DNA of 51,139 bases from Candidatus Nanoarchaeia archaeon (GTDB taxonomy: Archaea; Nanobdellota; Nanobdellia; Woesearchaeales; DATDTY01). Within the stretch, counting starts at the first letter, position 1. Each line of letters begins with the position of its first letter. Below the pieces are notes generated by a model. That model saw only the letters and a program-made list of their open reading frames with translations, was not told where the DNA came from and made no database searches. Position numbers and translations under genes: made by a program. The stretch lies in NCBI GenBank assembly GCA_035290625.1, contig DATDTY010000067.1, forward strand, positions 1-51,139, given 5' to 3'. Below, piece after piece: positions 1 to 8,708 of this stretch.

Positions 1-141
1 TCGCTCGGCAGCGCCAGGTTCGCCATGCGCAAGTCAGGCAGAATAGCGACATTCTCCGAGGGAGGCGACCCTCTTGTCGCTGTGCCGCCGCTCCGTTATA
101 ATGGCTTACAAGAGGGCGCTGCATGACTTTTCAATGCCACC
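1..141. mobile_element. Structured repeat/MITE family A, copy 1 (left end cut by window)
   Basis: Aligns to 3574-3737 and 43098-43261; ends in the right TIR ACTTTTCAATGCCACC. Confidence 0.85.
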
Positions 142-150
142 GGTTCCCCT

Positions 151-295
151 GGCTCAGTAGAAAGTCCGGCATCATTTTTGCGAACTTCTTCAGTTTCATC
201 AGCACTGCTGACAGAGGGTAGGCCCCTTCGGGGGTGTCAGCAATCACAGATACAATCACAAGCGAGCCTGATGCCGATTGACTTTCTACTGAGCC
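151..295. mobile_element. Structured repeat/MITE family B, copy 1
   Basis: Perfect 16-bp TIR GGCTCAGTAGAAAGTC/GACTTTCTACTGAGCC; flanked by GGTTCCCCT (142-150) and GGTTCCCT (296-303); second copy at 17960-18104. Confidence 0.85.
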
Positions 296-380
296 GGTTC
301 CCTGGCTCTGCAGAAACTCTTTTCTCATTTTGGCTGTACCCGCTTATTTGGAAACTTGCTGCTTTAGATTTAACCCAATC

Positions 381-654
381 AACTGCATTCAAAATCTGCT
401 CCGCAGCTGCCGCCAGCTCGCAATATGCTAATCCCTTTGTATAAATCGGCATTCGCCCCGTAAGGGACTTCCCCCCGATGTCGATGCGATGCTTTTGGTT
501 ATTGAAAATTCGGGGTTTAAGACGCGGGGTTTAGCCCGAATTTTCAATCCCGAAAACCGCACGATCAAAAACCCCGACCTTTAGGTCGGGGATTAGTGCG
601 GTTTTCGTTATTTTGCTCGCACAAAAGGCGGCAGCCCTGATTTTGAATGCAGCT
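381..654. mobile_element. MITE-like element C containing nested element D
   Basis: IR CTGCATTCAAAATC (383-396)/GATTTTGAATGCAG (639-652); inner IR GCTGCCGCC/GGCGGCAGC; direct repeat TTAACCCAATCAA at 370-382 and 654-666. Confidence 0.7.
498..610. mobile_element. Hairpin repeat family D, copy 1 (IS200/IS605-type non-autonomous element?)
   Basis: Hairpins ATTGAAAATTCGGG/CCCGAATTTTCAAT and CCCCGACC-TTTA-GGTCGGGG; bounded by GTTA at both ends; second copy at 13115-13279. Confidence 0.75.
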
Positions 655-664
655 TAACCCAATC

Positions 665-679
665 AAAAACCTTATATAA
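665..679 (+). promoter_or_regulatory. BRE-TATA promoter of the GH130 operon
   Basis: AAAAACCTTATATAA upstream of a GAGGTGA SD and the GTG start at 712. Confidence 0.6.
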
Positions 680-711
680 CCTCGGCGTGTAGGCCAAGTC
701 AGAGGTGAATT

Positions 712-1782
712 GTGAGGATCACTGATAAGCTTCTTATCACTCCAAAGGAGATTGAGCCTTCATTTTCAGAGTGGAAAGTCCAGGGAGTCTTTAATCCTGC
801 AGCAGTCAGGCTGCCTGATGGAAAAATCCTGCTGATGGCCAGGGTTGCTGAGCAGCATCTTCATAATGGAAAGGTCATCCACTGCCCGATGATCACTGAC
901 AGCGGTTTCTCCTCAGAAGCAATCCCGATGAAGATGGTGAGAAAAAGAACAAAGACGCATGTGTACCTCAGAAACGGGGTTTGCCGCCTCACCACCTTTT
1001 CGCATTTTCGAACCATCACCCTCAATGAGGATGGCCTTCATGTTGAGCATGCAGGCAGGAATCCTGCATTCACCGGCTTGCCTGGAGAGGGAGAATATGG
1101 AGTAGAGGATCCAAGGCTCACAAAGCTGCAGCACAGGTATGCCATGACCTATGTTGGGGTTTCCAGAAGAGAAGGTATCTCCACGTTCCTGGCGCTTTCT
1201 GACGACCTTATATCCTGGAAGAGGCAAGGAATCATCTTCAGGGAGCAGAACAAGGATGCAGTGCTGTTTCCTGAGAAGATCAAGGGAAAGTATGTTGCTT
1301 TGAACAGGCCTGAAGGGACATTTGCCAAGCCCTCAATCTGGATTTCGTATTCTCCTGACCTCATCTACTGGGGCAGGGAGAAGAGCCTGCTGCAGCCAAG
1401 GAGCGGCTGGGAGGAAAGCAGGATCGGAGCAGGCACGCCTCCGCTCAAGACCCCAGAAGGCTGGCTCTGCATCTACCATGGCATGCGTGAGCAGAAGCAG
1501 CAACATAGGATTATTCGGAGCTACAGCGCAGGCGCTTTTCTGCTTGACCTGAAGAATCCTGAGAGGGTGCTTGCGCGATCATCAAAAGACATCCCTCTCA
1601 TAAAGCCGAACAAGCCCTATGAGCAAAAGGGATTTATCGCAAATGTTGTGTTTCCGACAGGAGCAGTCATGGGCATCAATAAGAAGGATCTTTTGATCTA
1701 TGCAGGCGGAGCTGATGCTGTGATCAGCGTGAAAAAGATCCGCTTGAAGGACATCTTTAACCACATGGAGTGGGCAAGGTGA
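712..1782 (+). CDS. GH130/DUF377-family glycosidase or mannoside phosphorylase
   Basis: VFNPAA, EDPRL, NKD, IYHG and NVVFPTG motifs of the five-bladed GH130 family. Confidence 0.85.
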   Translation: MRITDKLLITPKEIEPSFSEWKVQGVFNPAAVRLPDGKILLMARVAEQHLHNGKVIHCPMITDSGFSSEAIPMKMVRKRTKTHVYLRNGVCRLTTFSHFRTITLNEDGLHVEHAGRNPAFTGLPGEGEYGVEDPRLTKLQHRYAMTYVGVSRREGISTFLALSDDLISWKRQGIIFREQNKDAVLFPEKIKGKYVALNRPEGTFAKPSIWISYSPDLIYWGREKSLLQPRSGWEESRIGAGTPPLKTPEGWLCIYHGMREQKQQHRIIRSYSAGAFLLDLKNPERVLARSSKDIPLIKPNKPYEQKGFIANVVFPTGAVMGINKKDLLIYAGGADAVISVKKIRLKDIFNHMEWAR

Positions 1783-2486
1783 GGCAAGCCCTCATGCTCT
1801 TGGTATCGGCAGTGCTTCTGTTTGGCTGCAGCCAGGGCAGAGAGATGCAGGAAGCTGGGAAGGGCGTGAACATGGGCAGCATCAAGGATATTCAACTCAT
1901 AACAGAAGATGGAATCAGGCTTAAGGCAACTGTGTATGAGGCTGATGGGCCGGGTGTTGTTCTGCTGCACATGCTTGATAAGAACAGGCATGACTGGGAT
2001 GCTTTTGGAAGGCAACTGCAGTCTCTTGGTTATCACGTCGTCTCTGTTGACTTGAGGGGCCATGGAGAAAGCGATTTGACCTGGAAGGATTTTTCTCCAA
2101 AAGAGTTCAATGATATGGTTTTGGATGCTAAGGCAGCTCAGCAGTATCTGGGAAAGGATGTTGCTGTAATCGGAGCGAGCATCGGAGCAAATATTGCATT
2201 GAATTTTGCCTCTGATGATTCTGTGAAAACTGTGGTCCTGATGTCTCCTGGATTAGAGTACAAAGGTGTGAAGAGTGAGGAAAGCATTGAAAATCTAGAT
2301 AAGTCTGTCCTGATCATTGCTGCTGAAGGCGATACCTATGCTGCTGAGTCTTCCAGGAAGCTGCATTCTTTGAATTCAAATGCAGAGCTGAAGATATACG
2401 ATGGAAAAGAGCATGGAACAGGGCTGTTTGGGAAGACAGATGTTGATAACGTTATGATTCAATGGCTGAAGGAGCATATTAGGTAA
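1779..2486 (+). CDS. Alpha/beta hydrolase, probable lipoprotein
   Basis: GASIG nucleophile elbow, DLRGHGES, C-terminal EHG; signal peptide ending VLLFGC; GTGA overlap with the upstream stop. Confidence 0.85.
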   Translation: MRQALMLLVSAVLLFGCSQGREMQEAGKGVNMGSIKDIQLITEDGIRLKATVYEADGPGVVLLHMLDKNRHDWDAFGRQLQSLGYHVVSVDLRGHGESDLTWKDFSPKEFNDMVLDAKAAQQYLGKDVAVIGASIGANIALNFASDDSVKTVVLMSPGLEYKGVKSEESIENLDKSVLIIAAEGDTYAAESSRKLHSLNSNAELKIYDGKEHGTGLFGKTDVDNVMIQWLKEHIR

Positions 2487-3350
2487 GTGATGGACATGTG
2501 GACAAAGCAGCAGATTAATGATCATACAAAAGCTGCAGAAATCTTAGTAAAGATAGTTAACGAGGCTTTCGGTATTCTTCGGCAAGGAATCAGCGAATAC
2601 CAGGTTATGCAGTTTATTCTCAAAAGGTTTAAGCAGGAAGGCCTGAAGACAGACAGGAAGGTTGTCATTGTTGCCTTCAATGCAAGCGCTGCTCACCCTC
2701 ACTACTATCCAACTCAGAAGAAATCCAAGAAGCTCAGGAGGAATTCTTTGGTTTTGATTGACATCTGGGCAAGGCTGAATAAAAGAAAGGCTCCATTCGC
2801 AGACATCACCTGGATGGGATGGTATGGCGATAAAGTTCCAAAAAAAATTAAAAAATTATTTAATCTAATTATTGAAGGGAGGAGCAACGGGGTAGATCTC
2901 ATTGAAAAAAAACTAAAAAATAAAACGATGCCGACAGGGTCAGAAATTGATTTGGAGGTATATCGGCTCATTCCAAAAAAATATAAAAAAAACATCCTGC
3001 ATCGGACTGGCCACAGCCTTGGAACAACATCTCCTCATGGGATTCATGGAAGAGTGAGGTATTCGAATAAGAAGGCGCTGCATACGAATTTGGGGTATAC
3101 CATTGAGCCTGGGCTGTACTTCAAGGGAAAATACGGGTTCAGGACCGAGATTGATTTCTATATAACTCCTGAGTATAAGCTCGTGGTTACTGGCGAGGCG
3201 CAGAGGGAGATGGTCCTCTCGGGAAAGAAGCCCCTCTCTTATTTTTATGGAGTGCTGAGCAAAAAATCTGCCGCAGAACGCGAAAAGAACATGAAGATAT
3301 TCAGAAGGAGTTTCAACAAAAGGTGTCTGAAACGCATCTCTGATGCATGA
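2487..3350 (+). CDS. M24-family (Xaa-Pro) aminopeptidase with a foreign C-terminal tail
   Basis: PHY, IDI, ADIT, HRTGHSLG, TIEPGLY and FRTE metal-site motifs. Confidence 0.85.
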   Translation: MMDMWTKQQINDHTKAAEILVKIVNEAFGILRQGISEYQVMQFILKRFKQEGLKTDRKVVIVAFNASAAHPHYYPTQKKSKKLRRNSLVLIDIWARLNKRKAPFADITWMGWYGDKVPKKIKKLFNLIIEGRSNGVDLIEKKLKNKTMPTGSEIDLEVYRLIPKKYKKNILHRTGHSLGTTSPHGIHGRVRYSNKKALHTNLGYTIEPGLYFKGKYGFRTEIDFYITPEYKLVVTGEAQREMVLSGKKPLSYFYGVLSKKSAAEREKNMKIFRRSFNKRCLKRISDA

Positions 3351-3385
3351 TCTTGGATACTTTTCCTATCGTCGAGATTCTTTAG
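3219..3385 (+). pseudogene. Remnant vapBC module: VapB-like tail fused to the M24 gene, plus a 12-codon PIN/VapC start
   Basis: Tail GKKPLSYFYGVLSKKSAAEREKN resembles archaeal VapB C-termini; ATGA overlap at 3347 opens MILDTFPIVEIL* (PIN-type MILDT start). Confidence 0.55.
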
Positions 3386-3407
3386 GAAGAACTTAGCTAA
3401 AAAAGAA

Positions 3408-3530
3408 TGCTCCCGCCGGGACTTTCACTCACTTCGTTCGTTCCGTCCATTTCGGAACGCCGAAATAGATTTGAACCCGGGTCGAAGCCTCGAGAGGGCT
3501 CCATGATTGACCGGACTACACTACGGGAGC
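3408..3530 (-). tRNA. tRNA-Glu(CTC) with a 48-nt intron at 59/60 (intron 3422-3469)
   Basis: Acceptor GCTCCCG/CGGGAGC, anticodon arm GAGCC-CTCTCGA-GGCTT, T-stem CCGGG/CCCGG; BHB motif TTCA-AAT...TGAA-AGT. Confidence 0.93.
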
Positions 3531-3573
3531 ATATGCCGGAAAAGTCGATGTTGGTTTATAAGTGTTTTTATCC

Positions 3574-3737
3574 GGCGCCATTGAAAAGCCGCTCACTTCG
3601 TTCGGCAACGCCGATTTCGCCATGCGCAAGTCAGGCAGAATAGCGACATATCCCCGAAGGTGGCAACCCCCTTGTCGCTGTGCCAACTTCTGTTTCAATG
3701 GCTCACAAGGGGCGTTGCATGACGTTTCAATGCCGCT
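3574..3737. mobile_element. Structured repeat/MITE family A, copy 2
   Basis: Homologous to copies 1 and 3 with imperfect TIRs; compensatory GCAACGCC/GGCGTTGC versus GCAGCGCC/GGCGCTGC. Confidence 0.85.
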
Positions 3738-3799
3738 TGCGCCATGTATCTCCTGGAGAATAATTAAGTTTAAATAGATTCTTCTCTTGTCGTGCAGCC

Positions 3800-4864
3800 A
3801 TGGTTATCAAGATGCTGAAGTCTGCGCTGGACAATCAGAAACGGAAGTGGAAGGAGTCCCAGCTTGAGAAAGAAAAGGTCAAGCAATACCAGGAAAACGA
3901 GCAGATCCAGGCAGCAGAGCAGATCAGGAGGGACGCAAAGAGGCTTGCTGTCCTGAAGCAGTATGAGACTGCCATTGCTGAGTTCGGGAAGGCATTGGAA
4001 CTCTATCCTGTGGCAGATCCTTCCAGGAACAATACTCAAGACGACATCATGATGAAGGATGTTAATCTGTTCTATTTCAAATGCTATTACAATATGGCTT
4101 TGTGTTACTCCTACCGCCAGGACGTAGACCAGGCCATCAAGTTCTATGACCAGGCCCTGAACCTGAATGTGGATGAGACAAGCAAGATCATGGCTCTGCT
4201 TGGAAAAGGAACTGAACTTTCAAAGAAGCGCAACATTCTCCTGGAAAAAGGGGATACGCTGGCAAAGGCGCATAAACTCCTCCTCTCCGAGGCCTATACA
4301 TGCTTTTCCGAGATTGTGAACACGGACAGGAACCACATCGATGCCTGGTATCAGAAGGGCTATCATGAATACCTTATGGGAGAAGTGCGGGAATCTGTAA
4401 AATCCTTTGACGAGGTGCTTCGCCTGAACAAGAGGTATGAAAACAAGGCAAATATCCCTTTGTTTGACTCAATGAAGCGTGAAAAGGGCATCAAGGTCAA
4501 GTCTACCTATGAGCAGGAGCCGTCAGAAGCCTTCTTCAAGACTAAATCAGGCCATCAGGTCAGGAACAGGGCAGAGATGATGATCGCAAACTTCCTCTTT
4601 GACAACAACCTTCTCTTCCAGTATGAGACTATTGCTGGCTGGGCAGATGCTTCTGATTTCCGGCCAAGCTTCTACCTGCCCAAGTTTGACCTGTACGTCG
4701 AGCATTATGGCTACGACAATATGAAGGGCTACAAGAAGATGATGCAGCAGCGTATACGGGAGTTTGAGAAAAAGAACAAACGGATTGTCTATACTGTCTC
4801 TGCGGATGAAAGGCAGATGGAAGATGCCCTCCGGTCAAGGCTGAAGCCGTATCTTGGCGGCTGA
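3800..4864 (+). CDS. TPR-repeat protein with a C-terminal PD-(D/E)xK-like domain
   Basis: TPR patterns (YYNMALCYSY...AIKFYDQAL, AWYQKG); C-terminus EMMIANFLFDNNLLFQYE...RPSFYLP...YVEHYG. Confidence 0.7.
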   Translation: MVIKMLKSALDNQKRKWKESQLEKEKVKQYQENEQIQAAEQIRRDAKRLAVLKQYETAIAEFGKALELYPVADPSRNNTQDDIMMKDVNLFYFKCYYNMALCYSYRQDVDQAIKFYDQALNLNVDETSKIMALLGKGTELSKKRNILLEKGDTLAKAHKLLLSEAYTCFSEIVNTDRNHIDAWYQKGYHEYLMGEVRESVKSFDEVLRLNKRYENKANIPLFDSMKREKGIKVKSTYEQEPSEAFFKTKSGHQVRNRAEMMIANFLFDNNLLFQYETIAGWADASDFRPSFYLPKFDLYVEHYGYDNMKGYKKMMQQRIREFEKKNKRIVYTVSADERQMEDALRSRLKPYLGG

Positions 4865-4865
4865 G

Positions 4866-5675
4866 TCACTCTTCTTCGGCAAAGAAATCAATCATCTTTG
4901 AAAAAAGGCCTTTGCCTTCCGGCTTGGCAGCATTGGATCCTGCAGAAGGCCTGCGGCTTTTCTTGCTGGCAGGTTCAATTTTGGCTATACTTTTAGAATC
5001 CAGCCTCTTCCCAAGAGCCTCAATCGCCTTTTCAGCTGCCCTTGCCTGAGCCCGTGTATCTTGAATATCAGCTTCCTCATCCTTGATGCTTTTCTCAACA
5101 TCCTCGATCCTTCTTAAAATGCTCTCATCAGGCTTGGAGACTTTTTCCCGCTTCTTGGCCTCAGATTGCTTGGCCAGCTGATCCCAGATCACTTTAAACT
5201 CGTTCTCTGTGGATGATTTGAATTCATTGATGCCTGCTTCAATGGCTTTCTGGCTCTTCATAGCCTTCTCGATTGCCTCAATCCTCGCAGTATCCGGAGA
5301 CCTATTCCTGAGGCTCTTCTCGATTGCCTCAATCCTTGCAGTATCAGGAGCAGCTTTCCTTGCCCTCACTTCTTCCCATACCCCTGCCAGATCCTTCTCT
5401 AGAGATGCCTTGAAATCCTTGAGGCTGGCTTCTGTGCCCCTTCGCTTCTTTTCCATATCCTGGATCCACTGCATCTGCTCATCGCTTGGATACTCCCGAA
5501 GAACAGAGTCTGAAACAGTCTTTTGGACCTCTTCAATCCTCTTGCCGAGATCCTTGACGTCTTTCTTGATGCCGGAAAAAGCCCTTTGGAGACTTGCATC
5601 CCTCCTGGCATCTCTCTCCCGGAGTTCAATGATATCTCTCTTCACAGCATCAAATGCAGCTTTGACAGGTTGCAT
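4866..5675 (-). CDS. Coiled-coil hypothetical protein with an internal duplication
   Basis: Heptad-rich; PDTARIEAIEK occurs twice (DNA repeat at 5265 and 5316, 51-nt period). Confidence 0.75.
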   Translation of the reverse strand: MQPVKAAFDAVKRDIIELRERDARRDASLQRAFSGIKKDVKDLGKRIEEVQKTVSDSVLREYPSDEQMQWIQDMEKKRRGTEASLKDFKASLEKDLAGVWEEVRARKAAPDTARIEAIEKSLRNRSPDTARIEAIEKAMKSQKAIEAGINEFKSSTENEFKVIWDQLAKQSEAKKREKVSKPDESILRRIEDVEKSIKDEEADIQDTRAQARAAEKAIEALGKRLDSKSIAKIEPASKKSRRPSAGSNAAKPEGKGLFSKMIDFFAEEE

Positions 5676-5747
5676 AACTACTCTGGAATAGTATATAAAT
5701 ATATAAAGATATCGGAAGAATCAGAGAGCCTGAGAAGAAGAAACCGC

Positions 5748-6719
5748 TCATGCATCCGGTTTCTGCAGATGGGTTGTAGACGGAGGATGCCCTGAAGGCG
5801 AAGCTGAAGGCGTATTTGGGATGGCAGAAATGCGGTTCCTTAGGATTCCCTTTATTCTTAGATTTTGAAGATCATTATTTGCCATGACCATATCTTGAAT
5901 AAAATACTTCTGAAAAGAGGGGCCCTCCAATATAAGTGCATATGCATCATGGTATTCATGGGGAATTCGATTGAAGCCAAGCAACGAGTAGAATTCATTA
6001 AGCTGAGCCATAAGAACCGAATTCCAGATAGCATGAGTTGATTGGGACATAACACCTAGTTTATAGTACGATGCAAGCGCTTGCAGGGACTGAATGGGTT
6101 CGTTCAAAGACTCGAAAGCACCTGACAAATAGCTGCACATCCGGTTATGATAATCGGGAATGTGCAGTGGGTGAGGAAAAGATACGACAGCATCCTTAGT
6201 ATGTTGAAATCCACGGATAATGCATGCATCTGACGGAAGTAACGGAGGGCGATCGACATAGGTGACTTGATACTCAATTCCGGCACATCTAAACAGTTTT
6301 CTTGGAGGATCTTGTATCCAAGGCTCGTCTGAAAATGAATCCTCTAACTGCTGCGCTCGTTGGTGAACTTCTCTAAGGCGATTTTCTTTAAGCGTAATAA
6401 ATAATCTGTTTGTACGTCTCAGTTTTCCCAGATGTTTGTTGTGAGAAAATCCTACCTTTGATCGCCCACTGTAGAGCCGATTCCCATCCTTGCCGCTGCC
6501 TGCTATCTCATGGCACCATAATATCCATTGGGTGAATGCGCTCGCTTCTGAAACAATTTCTTTCCAACAATCAAAAGAAGAGGACAAGAAGTCAGAAAGA
6601 TCTACCATATTTGTCATGTAGTTATAGGGAACAGATTCTAAAGACTGGAGGTCTGGGCATCGAACCATTGACTCGTAGGGAATCTTCTGCTGCAGCTCCT
6701 CTTTTGGAGGTGTTTCCAT
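5748..6719 (-). CDS. Hypothetical protein with a possibly degenerate Fido-like C-terminus
   Basis: Long ORF downstream of tRNA-Ser; likely start METPPK at 6719; family call is weak. Confidence 0.55.
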   Translation of the reverse strand: METPPKEELQQKIPYESMVRCPDLQSLESVPYNYMTNMVDLSDFLSSSFDCWKEIVSEASAFTQWILWCHEIAGSGKDGNRLYSGRSKVGFSHNKHLGKLRRTNRLFITLKENRLREVHQRAQQLEDSFSDEPWIQDPPRKLFRCAGIEYQVTYVDRPPLLPSDACIIRGFQHTKDAVVSFPHPLHIPDYHNRMCSYLSGAFESLNEPIQSLQALASYYKLGVMSQSTHAIWNSVLMAQLNEFYSLLGFNRIPHEYHDAYALILEGPSFQKYFIQDMVMANNDLQNLRIKGILRNRISAIPNTPSASPSGHPPSTTHLQKPDA

Positions 6720-6858
6720 ACGATTGAAGAACCAGCCGGATATTAAAAGGATTACGGGTACGCCAGTTTCCGATATTGGATTTTGTGCGGTAGACCAGGC
6801 ATTGAAAATGCCGCAGCCCGGTGGTGCAACCTGCATTCCGGACCGTGCTTTGGCTGGA

Positions 6859-6973
6859 CGCCGACGCCCGGACTTTCAAGGCGAAGCTGTGAAGCTTCCT
6901 CCATTTGAACCGGGAAATCCCGAAGGAAAGCAGGTCTCAAGCCTGCCGCAATACCAGGTTATGCGACATCGGC
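6859..6973 (-). tRNA. tRNA-Ser(TGA) with a 31-nt intron at 59/60 (intron 6873-6903)
   Basis: Acceptor GCCGATG/CGTCGGC, G73, anticodon arm GCAGG-CTTGAGA-CCTGC, long variable arm, T-stem CCCGG/CCGGG; BHB TTCA-AAT...TGAA-AGT. Confidence 0.93.
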
Positions 6974-7050
6974 AGGGGTTTTCTGAATTGTAGAGAATTT
7001 ATAAATCTGTCTCCCATACATTTATATAATGGTCTTACTCATTCTTGGGT

Positions 7051-7686
7051 ATGAAGCAGGACCTGCTCATCACCATCGGGAAAGAGGTTGTTGAGAAAGG
7101 CTCTTTTCGTACCTCTACAGTCCAATTGTCAAAAAAACTAGGCTTTCCCCAGCAGAGCGTTTCTCGGCATTTGATAGGGCTAGAAAAGAGAGGGCTGATT
7201 GAGCGCGATAGTAAGGGAAAATCGATGGAACTGCGGCTGACGGAGAACGGGTTTCTTAAGCTCAAGGAGCTGTATGGCCATCTGAGCTTTATCTTTGCGA
7301 GAAAGAAGGCGATAACGGGAAAGATCGTCAAAGGGCTGGGAGAAGGAAAGTTCTATATGGGACTGGACGGATACCGGAGGCAATTCAAGGCATTGTTCAG
7401 CTTTGCTCCGTTTCGTGGAACATTAAACCTCCATGTTGATGCTGACAGGAAGCAGGTTTTGAGCCGGAGCAATCCTGTGTATATCAAAGGATTCAAGGCA
7501 AAAGGAAGGGATTTCGGAGGATTGTTTGCATATCCCTGCATGATAGAAGGGAGGATAAAAGGGCTGGTCATTGTGCCTGATCGGACCCATCATAAGCCAA
7601 ACATCATCGAGGTCGTTGCAAAGGAGAATTTGAAGAAGGCTTTGAAGAAAAGGGACGGGCAGATGGTGAATGTTGAAGTTGCGTGA
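7051..7686 (+). CDS. ribK: CTP-dependent riboflavin kinase with N-terminal wHTH
   Basis: QQSVSRHL HTH, GLGEGKFYM, PFRGTLNL and PDRTHH motifs. Confidence 0.9.
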   Translation: MKQDLLITIGKEVVEKGSFRTSTVQLSKKLGFPQQSVSRHLIGLEKRGLIERDSKGKSMELRLTENGFLKLKELYGHLSFIFARKKAITGKIVKGLGEGKFYMGLDGYRRQFKALFSFAPFRGTLNLHVDADRKQVLSRSNPVYIKGFKAKGRDFGGLFAYPCMIEGRIKGLVIVPDRTHHKPNIIEVVAKENLKKALKKRDGQMVNVEVA

Positions 7687-7880
7687 TGGATAAGCACATA
7701 AAGATCGGTTGCGAAGTGTTTATTCTGAAGGATAATAAAGTAGTATTAGGCAAGAGGAAGAATTGCTTTGGAGCAGGAGACTGGGGTCTGCCTGGCGGCC
7801 ATCTGAAGTATGGGGAAAAAATAGAAGACGCTGCAAAAAGAGAATTTGAAAGAAGAGGTTTACTTCAAATAAGTTCTTAG
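7683..7880 (+). pseudogene. 3'-truncated NUDIX hydrolase
   Basis: Nudix box GGHLKYGEKIEDAAKREF breaks where the convergent response-regulator gene ends. Confidence 0.75.
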
Positions 7881-8237
7881 CGCCTTTGCAATTCCTGGCG
7901 TAAATCTGGGATCCACTTTGCCAAGGTAACCGTTTGCGCCCGATTCCAATGCTGCGTTTCCTGCCTCGCTTGAGGAGGATAGCATATAGATCGGGACTGT
8001 TGGATTCAGTTCCCTTATCTGTTTAATGGCACGCAGCCCATTGAGTTGCGCCATATGATTATCTGTAAAAACCAGATCATAGTTGCCTCTCAGGACTCTT
8101 TCAACCAAGTCTTTCCCATCAAGAGCCTGGTCGAACTCAGCATCAATGCCGTTTTGTTTGCAGATGAGCCTCATTGTAGCAACAAGAGATTCCCGTAGCT
8201 CTTTGCTATCATCAGCTATGATTACTTTTTTTGTCAT
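7860..8237 (-). CDS. Single-domain CheY-like response regulator
   Basis: IIADD, DLVFTD (phospho-Asp), LSS and YLGK motifs. Confidence 0.9.
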   Translation of the reverse strand: MTKKVIIADDSKELRESLVATMRLICKQNGIDAEFDQALDGKDLVERVLRGNYDLVFTDNHMAQLNGLRAIKQIRELNPTVPIYMLSSSSEAGNAALESGANGYLGKVDPRFTPGIAKALRTYLK

Positions 8238-8331
8238 TCTTCATACCCCCCTGCGTACGGGAAATACGCATGCGTTTATAAACTCTTTGATTTGGGACTA
8301 CTACCAAGTTAAGAAGCGTTTGCACCAGAAC

Positions 8332-8643
8332 TCAATTCTCAAGCATCTCAATCTCAATGTTAAGGCCGGAAGGGATGGGAACGCGCATCACAAGCCTGAG
8401 CGCACGCTCATCAATCCCAAGGTCAATGAGGCGCTTGTAGACCCGCATCTCAAAGCGGTCCCATGTGGCTGTGCCATTGCCGCAGGGACTCTTCCGTGTG
8501 GTGATCTTGAGCCTTTTGGTAGGCAGGGTAACAGGCCCCCTCATATCCACCCCGGTCTTGTCCACGATATCTCTAATATAAGAAGTCACTTCGTTGATTT
8601 TGTCGATATTTGTGCTTGCGAGCTTGATTCTTGCTTTTGGCAT
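8332..8643 (-). CDS. rps10: 30S ribosomal protein S10 (uS10)
   Basis: MPKARIKL...[20 protein letters not shown]...[14 protein letters not shown]; true start at 8643. Confidence 0.97.
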   Translation of the reverse strand: MPKARIKLASTNIDKINEVTSYIRDIVDKTGVDMRGPVTLPTKRLKITTRKSPCGNGTATWDRFEMRVYKRLIDLGIDERALRLVMRVPIPSGLNIEIEMLEN

Positions 8644-8708
8644 GGTCTCGTTGTGGATCACCGGTGTTTCATCATGGCAACAGGATTGCCATGATTGCCT
8701 ATACGGCT

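Noticed and set aside
170..205. Hammerhead-like CUGAUGA plus stem on the minus strand of element B
   Set aside because: The required GAAA after stem II is absent (CGCAAAA, CGAAGAAA), and G.U pairs favour the other strand.
131..452. Short ORFs over elements A/B (also 3407-3777, 13109-13441, 17937-18302, 43113-43530)
   Set aside because: They overlap repeats or tRNA, and the shared peptides simply reflect repeat DNA.
1..660. CRISPR array
   Set aside because: The linkers are only 8-9 bp, the units are long self-complementary elements, and no cas genes are present.
6888..6903. RNase P RNA-like GGAGGAAGCTTC on the minus strand
   Set aside because: It lies inside the tRNA-Ser intron and has no P4 partner or other RNase P helices.
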